Below are positions 1 through 8,881 of a stretch of DNA of 50,775 nucleotides, piece after piece (position 1 is the stretch's first letter; each line of letters starts with the position of its first letter). The notes below the pieces were generated by a model. That model was not told the DNA's origin and did not search any database. It saw nothing but the letters and a program-made list of their open reading frames with translations. The DNA is from a virus (lineage: Duplodnaviria > Caudoviricetes). Where the stretch lies: positions 1 through 50,775 of the IMG/VR virus record IMGVR_UViG_3300031823_000009; one strand, written 5' to 3'. The translations under genes were made by a program, and so were the position numbers.

Positions 1-127
1 TGAACGGCCGGGTCTGCAGCGCTGTGAGCGGGAAATGGATTGCTATGTCCAAAGCCTTGGCTAGGGGACGGTGCAAATTGGTGTGCTGTCGCGGCAGGCG
101 GCATGATCGGCGCCGGGGCCTGTGCAT
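1..127. repeat. Terminal direct repeat, left copy (assembly overlap of a circular or circularly permuted genome)
   Basis: Bases 1-127 are identical to 50649-50775; 127 is a common assembler k-mer; a CDS reads through the junction. Confidence 0.95.
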
Positions 128-221
128 CGCCTTCGTCGTTACCGCCTTTTGGACCGCGAGTGCCCTTTAGACTCTTAACGAACTCTTTCACTTCGTCGAG
201 GCTGTTGAACGTGATCTGCAT
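1..221 (-). CDS. 5' part of a 139-aa hypothetical protein spanning the contig junction (continues 50648..50450)
   Basis: ATG at 221 with GGAG RBS; MQITFNSLDEVKEFVKSLKG... joins in frame with listed ORF 50450..50752. Confidence 0.8.
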   Translation of the reverse strand, partial: MQITFNSLDEVKEFVKSLKGTRGPKGGNDEGDAQAPAPIMPPAATAHQFAPSPSQGFGHSNPFPAHSAADPAV

Positions 222-253
222 ATTCGCTCCTGTTTGTTAGAACCGACACTTCG

Positions 254-292
254 TGTATGACACTATTACAAAGCGGCGTCAACCCTTATCGT
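254..292 (-). promoter_or_regulatory. Sigma70-like promoter for the nuclease/SSB/polymerase operon
   Basis: Minus strand TTGACG-N17-CATACA in the intergenic gap; overlaps a TGTATGACA motif. Confidence 0.5.
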
Positions 293-1884
293 TCGTGTAT
301 GCGACCATTAATATCATAGATCCCAGCGGCGACGTACCTGCCATTCTTAGCGCGCTTTAAGTACACCGAATGTGGCTCTGGCAAGTCTTCGTAGGGCCAT
401 AAAGCTGTTGTAAACTTAGTTGTGAGCAACCAACCACTCGTATGCTTAACAGGTGGTGACACTACAATTTGCCACGGTTCTCCTTCTATGATCTTCGTTA
501 TGCTAATGGCCTCACGCCCGGCACCGCGGGTTTTTAAATCTTTACCTGCTGATTGTTCAGTTGCGTTATCGTAGCTACAAAACGGGCATATTGGATGCAA
601 GAAAGCAGCATAGGTCTGATCACACGCCGCGCACTGCTTAATAGCTGATTGCTGCGCTCCGCAGTATGGGCAACGCATGCCATGGTAATGCGGGTCAAAG
701 CGTTTGTTGCAGGCTTTACACTTCGGCGCGCTCTTATGAATCGTCTCGCATTTCGGACACGTACGGCCGTGTTCCCACGTCTGCCACTCACCGCGGCATT
801 CATCGCACGTCAACATCCGGCCGGGTGACGCTACCACGGCGTCCAGCGCTCCATGACGTTCAATGTTGCCGCCGAAATCCGAAACTAGGCAATTCGCAGC
901 ATATGGAGTAACCCTAGCTCCACGGCCGAGTCCTTGAGCGTAATAGACTGCGGATTTAGTAGCTCGGCAAAATGCCAAGTAATCGATATCCGGCACGTTG
1001 AAACCCGTCGTGAACATGTTGCATGAGACGAGAATGCCTACTTGCCCCGTCCGGAAAGCTTCGACCGCTCTATCTCGCTTGCTGATGATTGATCGCGAGT
1101 GTACTCCAGCAACAGCAACGCCGCAACGCTTGAATTCTGCTTCTAATTTGTCAACGTGGGCGATGTTGCACGAGAACACCAGTACACGGCGACGATTAAA
1201 CTTCTGCATAACATCTAGGATAGTTTTGACGTGACTCGATGCGAGTTTAATCGCGCGCGGTGCCATTTCGTCTAGATCGAAATCCCCGGCAACTGTATTC
1301 AGTCCCTCCACATCAATCGTTTCATCTTCACCGGCATCGACTGGTACGAGCGGCTTAACATAGGTGTCGCGAAGCGCGTCAAGAAACGTATATCGATAAA
1401 CAACGGGGCCGAATGTTTTCTCCAAGTCGCCGGTTCCGTCTGATCGGAAAGGCGTTCCAGTCAGGCCGTGGACTTTGGTATGTGAGAGCTTATTGAAGAG
1501 CTGACGGTATTGCGAAGATTTAGCGGGGGGTACGCGGTGAACTTCATCGACGAGGATAGCCGCAACATCGCGAAACATATGCGTGCGATTGACAATAGTA
1601 CCTATAGTGCCAACTGTAATTCTAGCAAACGCGTTGGTGCTAATGGATGCACTGCAGATACCGGGACGCAATCCGAATTCTCGACAGGCTTTATCGTTTT
1701 GTACGACTAATTCTTTGTTATGAGCTACGATTAAGACGCGGTTTGTCGAGCTGTAATGTGCAGCTAGCATACCGAGCATGGCGCTTTTGCCGCCGGCCAC
1801 GGCTATCTCAGCTACACTGAAACGGCCAGTGTATTCTGTTAAGGCCTGAACGCCTTCGATCTGGTGTTTGCGCGGAATGAACAT
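286..1884 (-). CDS. Superfamily 2 DExH helicase with C-terminal Zn ribbons (RadD/YejH-like)
   Basis: Walker A-like AGGKS, DEVH, LTGTPFRSD, TTGFNVPDID, QGLGRGAR; several CxxC pairs at the C-terminus. Confidence 0.9.
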   Translation of the reverse strand: MFIPRKHQIEGVQALTEYTGRFSVAEIAVAGGKSAMLGMLAAHYSSTNRVLIVAHNKELVVQNDKACREFGLRPGICSASISTNAFARITVGTIGTIVNRTHMFRDVAAILVDEVHRVPPAKSSQYRQLFNKLSHTKVHGLTGTPFRSDGTGDLEKTFGPVVYRYTFLDALRDTYVKPLVPVDAGEDETIDVEGLNTVAGDFDLDEMAPRAIKLASSHVKTILDVMQKFNRRRVLVFSCNIAHVDKLEAEFKRCGVAVAGVHSRSIISKRDRAVEAFRTGQVGILVSCNMFTTGFNVPDIDYLAFCRATKSAVYYAQGLGRGARVTPYAANCLVSDFGGNIERHGALDAVVASPGRMLTCDECRGEWQTWEHGRTCPKCETIHKSAPKCKACNKRFDPHYHGMRCPYCGAQQSAIKQCAACDQTYAAFLHPICPFCSYDNATEQSAGKDLKTRGAGREAISITKIIEGEPWQIVVSPPVKHTSGWLLTTKFTTALWPYEDLPEPHSVYLKRAKNGRYVAAGIYDINGRIHER

Positions 1885-2058
1885 TTAACGACGCACCAGT
1901 ACTTTTTTGGGGTGATATATTTGTACGTACATGCGTTGCTTTAATGCTGATGCTAAGGCACGAGCGCGCGCAATTACGCTGCTGAGATCAGCAGATGAAA
2001 AGTAATCGAAACTTCGGTGTTCTGCTTGTTCCTTACTACGTACTACATAGTAAATCAT
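1885..2058 (-). CDS. Hypothetical protein (57 aa)
   Basis: MIYYVVRSK...; stop abuts the helicase start; start codon uncertain. Confidence 0.55.
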   Translation of the reverse strand: MIYYVVRSKEQAEHRSFDYFSSADLSSVIARARALASALKQRMYVQIYHPKKVLVRR

Positions 2059-2129
2059 CGTCACACCCATACGTAAAGCAAAACGCTCAGTTGAAACGCT
2101 AAACAAATTGCAGACAGCCACGGAATCAT

Positions 2130-2300
2130 TTAATCCTCCTCAACAATTGAATATTTACGTTCTTCGATTCTCTTAAGACGATGCTTCAAATTACTAATTT
2201 CTCCGCCGTGCTCCCAAACTGAGATAACCATAATAATAAGCGTAACAATAACCAATACCGTTACGACGCCAATAGCAGCCACGCCGATTGTTTCTAGCAT
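2130..2300 (-). CDS. Small membrane protein (56 aa, below ORF-track cutoff)
   Basis: GAGGAG RBS; MLETIGVAAIGVVTVLVIVTLIIMVISVWEHGG..., one TM helix and a charged tail. Confidence 0.65.
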   Translation of the reverse strand: MLETIGVAAIGVVTVLVIVTLIIMVISVWEHGGEISNLKHRLKRIEERKYSIVEED

Positions 2301-2315
2301 TTTTGATACTCCTCT

Positions 2316-2630
2316 TTAGTACAGTGGATTTAAAAGAAGCATAAGTTGGCCGTCAAAGTCTAAGATCATGCACGCTCGTTCCATTAGACTCCACTGTTCA
2401 TGCGTAGGCATGCGTAAATAAGCATGCTTTGGACAGGAAGAAATATCTTTGATTAGTACGAGCCCATTCATTGCGATTGGCAGCGAATTTTCTGCGACGG
2501 CGCCGCAGCAATCGAACGTACTAGGTGATATTTTAGTCGTGTGATAGACTGCACCTAACTCATGTCGAGCTTGTGGTGTCAATAGCGGCGATATGCAGAT
2601 TGCGCTCAGAGGCCAGTATGGCATGCTCAT
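2316..2630 (-). CDS. Hypothetical protein
   Basis: 104-aa ORF packed in the leftward operon, AAGGA RBS. Confidence 0.6.
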   Translation of the reverse strand: MSMPYWPLSAICISPLLTPQARHELGAVYHTTKISPSTFDCCGAVAENSLPIAMNGLVLIKDISSCPKHAYLRMPTHEQWSLMERACMILDFDGQLMLLLNPLY

Positions 2631-2633
2631 AGT

Positions 2634-3203
2634 TCAATCCTTTCCTTCGTAAAAAATGCGCGGCGGCGGTTGCCACAGCGGTCCCCACACATACCATGCG
2701 TGATTCTGAGTCGAACCATACTCGCCGGGAAACCATTGTATTCGATGAGTTAACGCAAGCTTGAAGGAAAACCGCGGATTATCCGAAAAAAGATCGCGGC
2801 GACTTCTTCCAAAGTCAAATGTCGCAGGAAGCAAGAGCGCAATCCATCCGTTAGTACGTTGAAGCGCCAGATGTGCAAATCGCACGGCATCGCGACAACC
2901 TTTACCATAAGGCGGATTAGTGATTATGTCGCAGTTCCATACTAATGGCGGTATGGCTTTACGTGGTACTAAGAAATCATAAATAAAAGTGTGTTCTTTA
3001 CTATACGTCGTAATATCAGACGTAGATATGCACGCTCCCCACAGTCCTAATTCATAAGCAATTGCGTGGTTACCGGCGGCAGGTTCCCATATTTCGCGGC
3101 CTTGCACTGATGGAAAATGCCGCATTAGTACTCGCGTCACCCACGGTTCTGTTTCGTAAAGATCATTCGCTGCACGTGCGAATTTTGAAGCGACGACGGT
3201 CAT
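2634..3203 (-). CDS. Phage DNA N6-adenine methyltransferase
   Basis: DLYETEPW, SAM-binding WEPAAGNH, catalytic IITNPPY, C-terminal HAWYVW. Confidence 0.85.
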   Translation of the reverse strand: MTVVASKFARAANDLYETEPWVTRVLMRHFPSVQGREIWEPAAGNHAIAYELGLWGACISTSDITTYSKEHTFIYDFLVPRKAIPPLVWNCDIITNPPYGKGCRDAVRFAHLALQRTNGWIALLLPATFDFGRSRRDLFSDNPRFSFKLALTHRIQWFPGEYGSTQNHAWYVWGPLWQPPPRIFYEGKD

Positions 3204-3505
3204 ATTTCAAGCCCCAGAGCGAACGCTTTGTCCAACGTCGTGAGCACCAACTCTTGTACGGTCATTGCCGGCACGCCGATCTGCGGCATGCCGATATCTT
3301 GAAACTCAATAGTAGTGCCATCTTTGAAAGTACACTTACCTTCTGGCATGACTTGTCCACGTTCAGTGTTTACTACCGTACGCAGTTCTTCATTTTGACT
3401 GCGCACGAGTATAGCCGTAAATGCGTGCATAAACTGCATGTCTGCCCGTAATGCTTGAATAATATCTTCTAAAGATTGTTCGGGTGTTTCCCACGGCATC
3501 TTCAT
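3200..3505 (-). CDS. Hypothetical protein starting MKMPWET
   Basis: ATG at 3505 overlaps the upstream TGA (ATGA); stop overlaps the MTase start. Confidence 0.7.
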   Translation of the reverse strand: MKMPWETPEQSLEDIIQALRADMQFMHAFTAILVRSQNEELRTVVNTERGQVMPEGKCTFKDGTTIEFQDIGMPQIGVPAMTVQELVLTTLDKAFALGLEI

Positions 3506-3681
3506 TCGGGCTGCGCTCTGTGCCATTCATTATCGCGCTTCCTTATAAGTGCAATACCGTTCATGTTAATCTCACCATCATTGCTGAATACGTGATCGTA
3601 ACCGGCTTTTCGGAGAGCACAATCAATTTCATTGTACGCAACATCGCTGATTTCTAGTATTGCTAAGGTGTATGTTCCCAT
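3502..3681 (-). CDS. Hypothetical protein (59 aa, unlisted)
   Basis: AAGGAAA RBS; MGTYTLAILEISDVAYNEIDCALRKAGYDHVF...; ATGA coupling to the next gene. Confidence 0.7.
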   Translation of the reverse strand: MGTYTLAILEISDVAYNEIDCALRKAGYDHVFSNDGEINMNGIALIRKRDNEWHRAQPE

Positions 3682-3827
3682 GGCATTTTCCTTTCTGATT
3701 GTTCAATTTCCCACGGGAAAGCATGCTTTTTCTCGTGAGTCGCACCGAATCGACACCGTACGCCATCCGCAACAGTTTTCCCGCAGGCGCAAACTTCATC
3801 CCACTCACCATTCGATTTCAGCCCCAT
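3663..3827 (-). CDS. Small Cys/His protein (54 aa, unlisted) with two PWE motifs
   Basis: GAGGTG RBS; MGLKSNGEWDEVCACGKTVADGVRCRFGATHEKKHAFPWEIEQSERKMPWEHTP; fills the gap after the primase. Confidence 0.6.
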   Translation of the reverse strand: MGLKSNGEWDEVCACGKTVADGVRCRFGATHEKKHAFPWEIEQSERKMPWEHTP

Positions 3828-5869
3828 TTCGGCACCTCAATCGACCAAGGCATAATCAAAGCATGCTTTTTCCTGTCAACGCCGTTAATCGGGGCATATA
3901 CGGCTAGGTACGGACACCCACGCATCATACGCAAATAGCCGCTGTCAAGCAAGCCCTTTAAACCGTCCTTGCCAAAAATTCGCAGTGCGGCGTCTCGATT
4001 GATGACATAACCCGGCGCGTCCCCTTCAAGTATTTTGCCGCCAAGTTCGTGCACACTCTCGAATTTGACGATTTGGCCAGCCCGCAAAGCATCCATGCCC
4101 TCGGCTACCGCGCCAGGCAACATCGCAGCAAGTCTGACTGCCGCGGATTGTTCGGTTTCCTGCCGGGTGGGAGCAATCTCGCGTCTGAACACATTGACCG
4201 TAGTCGTACGTCCTTTGCTGTCTAGACCATAGCTTTCCGATATGATTCGGCCAAGATAACTTTTTGGTCTCGGCGCGCCACGGGCTTTTCCGCAATCGAT
4301 CGAAACGGCATCCTGCCTCCCAGCGGTAACCCGGTACACAAAACCGGAATTGCCGGATTTAGCGCCATTGCCTTTTTGAAATGCATCTTCATTGCCAAGT
4401 GGCAGGTGATCCGTGACCACGAGAGCTACGTTCATACGTCGAGCTATGGATTTGAGGATGAACATGGCTTTCAGGACGCTTTCGGTGTCATTGTCGGCGA
4501 AGCACAACCCGCTAGCTCCCCACGTGTCTAGCACAGACAGTCCAACTGTCTTGCCCATGGCTGCCATTGCTTGAATCTGTGCGATAGCTTGCCGTTCGAA
4601 CGCTAACGGCTCATTAATGGCCGGAACTAAATGGAAGCGGTCGGCAAGTTCGCGACCATCCGGACGCTGCCTGAGAAGGTGCCGCACCCGGCGTTCGGTT
4701 CCGTACTCGTCTTCTGCGGCAATCCATAATACGTGACCGCCGGGGCACTCCACATCAGCGTCAAGCCATGGGGTACCAGTGAGGTAGCTCACAGCCAAAT
4801 CGGTCACCACGGTTGATTTGCCGGCCCCTGAATGGCCAGTAAAAAAGTGGACTTCACCACATAGAATCCGTTGGTAGAGGAGCCACGGCAGTTCATTCGT
4901 GTTGTCGTCTAAGGAAATTTCAAAACCGGTCCGCGCAACCAAAGTTGGCGCGCTCCATGCATCCAGGAAAGCATGCTTTAATATGCGGCGCCCTGTAACG
5001 GCGCCCATGATCAGGTTGCCGCGAAGCACGGGAAGCTGATCATGCCTGGCGATCTCCTCGCCGAGCTTCCGGCCGCCAACAGCTTCGTCGAGGCCATGGC
5101 CAGCTTCGATTATTGCTTCTTCAATTTCGTGACGTACACACATGCCATGCATTTCGGCAAATTTCAACACGCCAACAATCGAAAAAATCACAGTTCCGCG
5201 GCCTTCCGTACGGCCCATCAGTTCTTGCTTAAGTAATCCAAGATAGCGCTGTGCAGCGTCACGGCCGGCTTGCCATTCATCCTGTGTTTGCGGCACGGCT
5301 TCCTGCAGTTCTTCGTCATTGCATGTTTCGTGTTCGGCGCTGAGGCGCAATGACGTACCTGCGAGTACGGGGACTTTCGCAAGGATATCAATCAGTTGCG
5401 CGGCAGTGATTCGCGGCCATTCGCCATCCCAATTTTCCCATTCATATGGCTCTCCCGTGTCTTTGTGAGGGCCGAAAGCAACAAACTGACCGCCCATAAG
5501 TTGGAGCTTCTCGCCGCTAGCGAACGTAAACGTACGGCTCTTGACAGGCGCATCGACTAAGAAAAAAGGAATTAAGAAGCGTGGCTTCCGGCCCCAGCGT
5601 ACCGGAATGTCTCGCCCTAGCACGTCACGGAATGCCTGCAAAAGCTGTGAGGCGAGCGCTATGTGACTCACGTCCACATCAAAGCCGGATAAGCCTCGAT
5701 CGCCGCAGCGCAGCCCTACAGAGCCGGCGCCAGGGTGTGGAACTGGTCGCGTCCAAACGTTCCAGCCCTCCCCGATCGGGGCCTTGGTGCCTTTGGCGAT
5801 TGCCAATGGAAAGAGGCCACGCGCAATCGCGGCAGCCCAAAAATCTTGAATGGTGGCGGGAAGCGTCAT
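3818..5869 (-). CDS. Bifunctional primase-polymerase (Prim-Pol) fused to AAA_25/RepA-type helicase
   Basis: N-terminal LFPL..GTKAP, GFDVD, GQFVAFGPHKDTGEPYEW; Walker A GHSGAGKS; Walker B VLDT. Confidence 0.88.
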   Translation of the reverse strand: MTLPATIQDFWAAAIARGLFPLAIAKGTKAPIGEGWNVWTRPVPHPGAGSVGLRCGDRGLSGFDVDVSHIALASQLLQAFRDVLGRDIPVRWGRKPRFLIPFFLVDAPVKSRTFTFASGEKLQLMGGQFVAFGPHKDTGEPYEWENWDGEWPRITAAQLIDILAKVPVLAGTSLRLSAEHETCNDEELQEAVPQTQDEWQAGRDAAQRYLGLLKQELMGRTEGRGTVIFSIVGVLKFAEMHGMCVRHEIEEAIIEAGHGLDEAVGGRKLGEEIARHDQLPVLRGNLIMGAVTGRRILKHAFLDAWSAPTLVARTGFEISLDDNTNELPWLLYQRILCGEVHFFTGHSGAGKSTVVTDLAVSYLTGTPWLDADVECPGGHVLWIAAEDEYGTERRVRHLLRQRPDGRELADRFHLVPAINEPLAFERQAIAQIQAMAAMGKTVGLSVLDTWGASGLCFADNDTESVLKAMFILKSIARRMNVALVVTDHLPLGNEDAFQKGNGAKSGNSGFVYRVTAGRQDAVSIDCGKARGAPRPKSYLGRIISESYGLDSKGRTTTVNVFRREIAPTRQETEQSAAVRLAAMLPGAVAEGMDALRAGQIVKFESVHELGGKILEGDAPGYVINRDAALRIFGKDGLKGLLDSGYLRMMRGCPYLAVYAPINGVDRKKHALIMPWSIEVPKWG

Positions 5870-5939
5870 TGCGCATCCCAAGGAATTACGCTAAATGACG
5901 GAGGCATTCGCGGTGACTCGCGATTGTTGGAGGCGCGAG

Positions 5940-6013
5940 ACCCCTGACATGGGTTTCCGGTCCGTGTCAGGGGCGTTCATTTAATGTTAGCGCCGTGGCT
6001 TCCAGGTTGTCAA
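5940..6013 (-). promoter_or_regulatory. Promoter and 5' leader hairpin upstream of the primase
   Basis: Minus strand TTGACA-N18-TAACAT, then inverted repeat CCCCTGACATGG/CCGTGTCAGGGG (about 5941-5973). Confidence 0.55.
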
Positions 6014-6166
6014 ACGTTCAATCGTTTCGTAACATAGTGCCGCATCGTGTTGAAATACTCTCGCTGCTGATAGATAATGGAGTTCCATAGCGCGTACGGA
6101 TGCGTCGTGGAATTCGCGTTGCATGTTTTGGTAGTGCTTAATTAATTCGATTTGTGCATCGATCAT
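5987..6166 (-). CDS. Hypothetical protein (59 aa, unlisted)
   Basis: GAGG RBS, ATGA overlap; MIDAQIELIKHYQNMQREFH... Confidence 0.65.
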   Translation of the reverse strand: MIDAQIELIKHYQNMQREFHDASVRAMELHYLSAARVFQHDAALCYETIERLTTWKPRR

Positions 6167-6378
6167 GTGTGCCTCAAAACATCAAGCGCAGTTGCGCGAG
6201 ATACTATGCGATACGGATAGCCGCCCTGCCAAATGTAGACAAAGTCGCTACCCTCAACGAAAACACAAAGCCATTTGCCGGCAATATTACGCGACGCGCT
6301 TGCTCCAGTAGCAGCCGTTGCTTCCATTTGTCGCAACTTGAACTCAGCATGCGAGCTTAACTTGTGTTCATCGATCAT
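6163..6378 (-). CDS. Hypothetical protein
   Basis: GGAG RBS before MIDEHKLS; contiguous operon. Confidence 0.65.
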   Translation of the reverse strand: MIDEHKLSSHAEFKLRQMEATAATGASASRNIAGKWLCVFVEGSDFVYIWQGGYPYRIVSRATALDVLRHT

Positions 6379-6380
6379 GA

Positions 6381-6764
6381 TTAGTACTCCCACGGCATTC
6401 TATTTTTCAGTGCAGCGTTCTCCGCAAGCAGCTTCATTACTTCCGCACGCAATTCACGTTCGATGGCATATAGGCCATTAAGCTCTTGAGTCATCACGCG
6501 ATCCTTCGAGCGTAACACAGCTTTTTCGGAGTTGCCTTGCAACTTGCGGCGATGAAGCTCGCAATTGACGAGGCCAAATGCATTAGAGTCTGCGTGACCG
6601 TCCGCGATCTTGCGCGTGACATAGATTGAAAATTTTTCGCTGCAGACACCGCAGGGCCGTTTGAATTCCGTCAACTGCCGGTAGCGTCCACCGTTGGCGT
6701 AATGCGATTTGTCCCCGCATCGCTCCCACGGGGATCGATCGTGCCATCCGTCAATCTTAGTCAT
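6381..6764 (-). CDS. Hypothetical protein with Zn-binding-like motif and C-terminal coiled coil
   Basis: CGVC...CELH; heptad-rich tail ending RMPWEY. Confidence 0.7.
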   Translation of the reverse strand: MTKIDGWHDRSPWERCGDKSHYANGGRYRQLTEFKRPCGVCSEKFSIYVTRKIADGHADSNAFGLVNCELHRRKLQGNSEKAVLRSKDRVMTQELNGLYAIERELRAEVMKLLAENAALKNRMPWEY

Positions 6765-6972
6765 CGCTGCCAAATCCCATGCTGGCGTACCAAGCTTTTT
6801 GAGCGGCTATACGTGCAGTATATAGTTCTCGTAAGAGGCTCTGTGGTGCGCCTTGTCCTTCTGCGGTATGGCGCACATTACTCGCACGTCTGCCGAATTG
6901 TTTGCGCAGTTCTGCATCCCAATCTTCATAAGTACGAATAACTTCGAGGTGTTCCGGCGAATACAGTGTCAT
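6757..6972 (-). CDS. Hypothetical protein
   Basis: GAGGAG RBS; 71 aa. Confidence 0.7.
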   Translation of the reverse strand: MTLYSPEHLEVIRTYEDWDAELRKQFGRRASNVRHTAEGQGAPQSLLRELYTARIAAQKAWYASMGFGSDD

Positions 6973-6977
6973 TTTCG

Positions 6978-7145
6978 TTACTCCTCGATAATTTCGAAAG
7001 AATCCACGCGTAATGTTTTATCGATAAAACATCCACGTGCGACGTAGATAGGGATTTTATTCGCCAAATGAAATTCTGCTCGTTCACGGGAATCAAACAG
7101 ACCGTGCACTGCGTTTCGATCCTTCTTTTCGACGAGCTTAAACAT
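6978..7145 (-). CDS. Hypothetical protein
   Basis: Start MFKLVEKK follows the leader ACGTCAACAGATGGAGATCGAAATG. Confidence 0.65.
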   Translation of the reverse strand: MFKLVEKKDRNAVHGLFDSRERAEFHLANKIPIYVARGCFIDKTLRVDSFEIIEE

Positions 7146-7203
7146 TTCGATCTCCATCTGTTGACGTGTGTAGTTCCAATGGTTTGTCATTTTGATTTTC
7201 CTT

Positions 7204-7428
7204 TCAAACTTCTCGAATCAATTGCATAGATCCCCAATTTAGTTCGGTTTTTGCCGGTGCCAGCTCAAATGCTCGCCGAATAATCGCATCCCGTTCTGCG
7301 TCCGTTGGGTTAGACCACATGCGGGCTTCGTCGCCCTCTGAAGCTATTTGAAAAATGGCAAGCGCGACAACGTCGGATGTTTCGCGAGTGCTGGCGAATT
7401 CACGGATATTGGTGGGTACGTAAGTCAT
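7204..7428 (-). CDS. Hypothetical protein
   Basis: Start MTYVPTN follows the same leader, ACGTCAACAGATGGAGATCGGAAATG. Confidence 0.7.
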   Translation of the reverse strand: MTYVPTNIREFASTRETSDVVALAIFQIASEGDEARMWSNPTDAERDAIIRRAFELAPAKTELNWGSMQLIREV

Positions 7429-7456
7429 TTCCGATCTCCATCTGTTGACGTATGTA

Positions 7457-7485
7457 CGTATACAGGCTTCCTTAAGGAATGTCAA
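7457..7485 (-). promoter_or_regulatory. Strong sigma70-like early promoter
   Basis: Minus strand TTGACA-N17-TATACG; spacer holds palindrome TTCCTTAAGGAA. Confidence 0.7.
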
Positions 7486-7669
7486 GTGTTGCAGTTGGAT
7501 TCCAAATAATTTTTCGACCGCCAAATTCACGCTTGCCGGCTTTTTTGGCCTCCCGCTCGGACTGCCATGAATTGATTGACCATGAAATAGCGCCAGGTCG
7601 TAAGAGCGAAAGCATGCCGAAATGCCATCGGTTTTGTTCTAACTTAGTGTAAAGTTTTTGGGTTTTCAT
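7472..7669 (-). CDS. Hypothetical protein
   Basis: GGAGAG RBS before MKTQKLYTKLEQ. Confidence 0.6.
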   Translation of the reverse strand: MKTQKLYTKLEQNRWHFGMLSLLRPGAISWSINSWQSEREAKKAGKREFGGRKIIWNPTATLDIP

Positions 7670-7713
7670 ATTTATGCTCTCCAGCTCGTGTTGACATTCA
7701 CAACCTATCACAT

Positions 7714-7944
7714 CCCTAAGGATTGTCCAATCACGAAATGTTACAAAACACATCCTTAGGGTAAGAAAATGTCCTTAGGGTAAGGTCGGCTTCCCTAAGG
7801 AACATTTCCTTACCTTAGGGATGGTACATGACGCCATTCTGAGTGTACAGTGTATCGTCCTTAGTGACAGGAAAACATCCTTAGGGAGAGGTCAGTCCTA
7901 AGCCCCTACGGGGCAGGGACGCCCCTTTTTAAGTGGGGCGTCCC
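7714..7944. repeat. Non-coding CCTTAGGG/CCCTAAGG octamer array plus GC hairpins (candidate origin, packaging/terminus region or operator array)
   Basis: Perfect copies at 7714, 7754, 7773, 7793, 7813, 7879; near copies at 7859 and 7897; hairpin GGGACGCCCC-N9-GGGGCGTCCC at 7916-7944; lies where transcription diverges. Confidence 0.75.
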
Positions 7945-7972
7945 CAAAGTGGAAGGGAAGAAGGAAAGAGTC

Positions 7973-8437
7973 ATGAGTGAAAATCGGCTCCCGGTTGTTA
8001 AAGTAGCGCAATATGCGCTAGAGCAAGCTACGCGTCATAGCACGGCTATTCGTGCTAAATTGGTACGGTTCACAAGTCCGGCTTTAACGCGCGATTGTAT
8101 AGAAGCCGGCTTAACGACGGATTTGGCAGACTTATGTGGCGGATTGCTTGCAAGCGTAATTGATGATCTAATTGCAGTTGGAAAACTGCCAAGAACGGAT
8201 TTTGGGCGAACGAAGCGTAAAGAACGGATTTTAGCAGCTTGCCAAGAACCGGCTTCTAGCGCGCTTAAAATTGCAATTGCGGCATCGCCGATTAACGGCT
8301 GTGCGGCGATTGTGCATTGGGATGCACTTTGCGGCAACAAATACGAACGGCACGAAATAGGTAAGTTGGCGTGGCTTTTAGGTGTTGACACAGATGCAGC
8401 GAGGCGCTATGGTCGGCGAATTGATCAACATTCCTGA
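7973..8437 (+). CDS. Hypothetical protein
   Basis: AGGA RBS; first rightward gene. Confidence 0.7.
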   Translation: MSENRLPVVKVAQYALEQATRHSTAIRAKLVRFTSPALTRDCIEAGLTTDLADLCGGLLASVIDDLIAVGKLPRTDFGRTKRKERILAACQEPASSALKIAIAASPINGCAAIVHWDALCGNKYERHEIGKLAWLLGVDTDAARRYGRRIDQHS

Positions 8438-8454
8438 AGCTGGAGAGCGCGAAA

Positions 8455-8715
8455 ATGAAAAGACCGACAATTTACGAAGCACTGCGTATTAAGTTGGATC
8501 GCGAGCCAACAGATGTAGAAATCAAGACGGATGTACAGCGAATTTTAGCGGAAGAAGCGTCTGTGACTCTTGCCTTGATGACTGAGGTTAACAAACTTCG
8601 TGCACATCACGGCTTTAAACCGTTCTCTAAATACGAGTTTGGTACGCAAGCGAAATGGCGTCGTGAGTACAGACGTGTAAAGGCGGACATTCGTGCTAAT
8701 AAATGTCCATGGTGA
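8455..8715 (+). CDS. Hypothetical protein
   Basis: GGAGAG RBS; MKRPTIYEALRIKLDREPT... Confidence 0.7.
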   Translation: MKRPTIYEALRIKLDREPTDVEIKTDVQRILAEEASVTLALMTEVNKLRAHHGFKPFSKYEFGTQAKWRREYRRVKADIRANKCPW

Positions 8716-8879
8716 TTATCATGCATCTTCTCGGACTAGCCGGATTTATTGCGCTTATCGCAATTGCATTCGGCGAGCGCGGCGCCCGGATCATCGCGCA
8801 ACTGATCTTGCTTTCAGGCGTGGCTTTCGTTGCTGCGTTTCTCGGAACGGTGATTCTTAATGGCCCGGCGTGGTGGTAA
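8709..8879 (+). CDS. Small two-TM membrane protein (56 aa, unlisted)
   Basis: MVIIMHLLGLAGFIALIAIAFGERGARIIAQLILLSGVAFVAAFLGTVILNGPAWW; overlaps the upstream stop. Confidence 0.6.
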   Translation: MVIIMHLLGLAGFIALIAIAFGERGARIIAQLILLSGVAFVAAFLGTVILNGPAWW

Positions 8880-8881
8880 AA

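Noticed and set aside
1-127. 127-bp terminal repeat as a biological terminal repeat
   Set aside because: Length equals a common assembler k-mer and it falls in the middle of a CDS; it shows circularity, not physical ends.
7714-7903. CRISPR array or mini-array
   Set aside because: Repeats are only 8 bp, in mixed orientation, with about 12-bp gaps; no cas operon. The Cas4-like gene is the usual phage DUF2800 replication-module nuclease.
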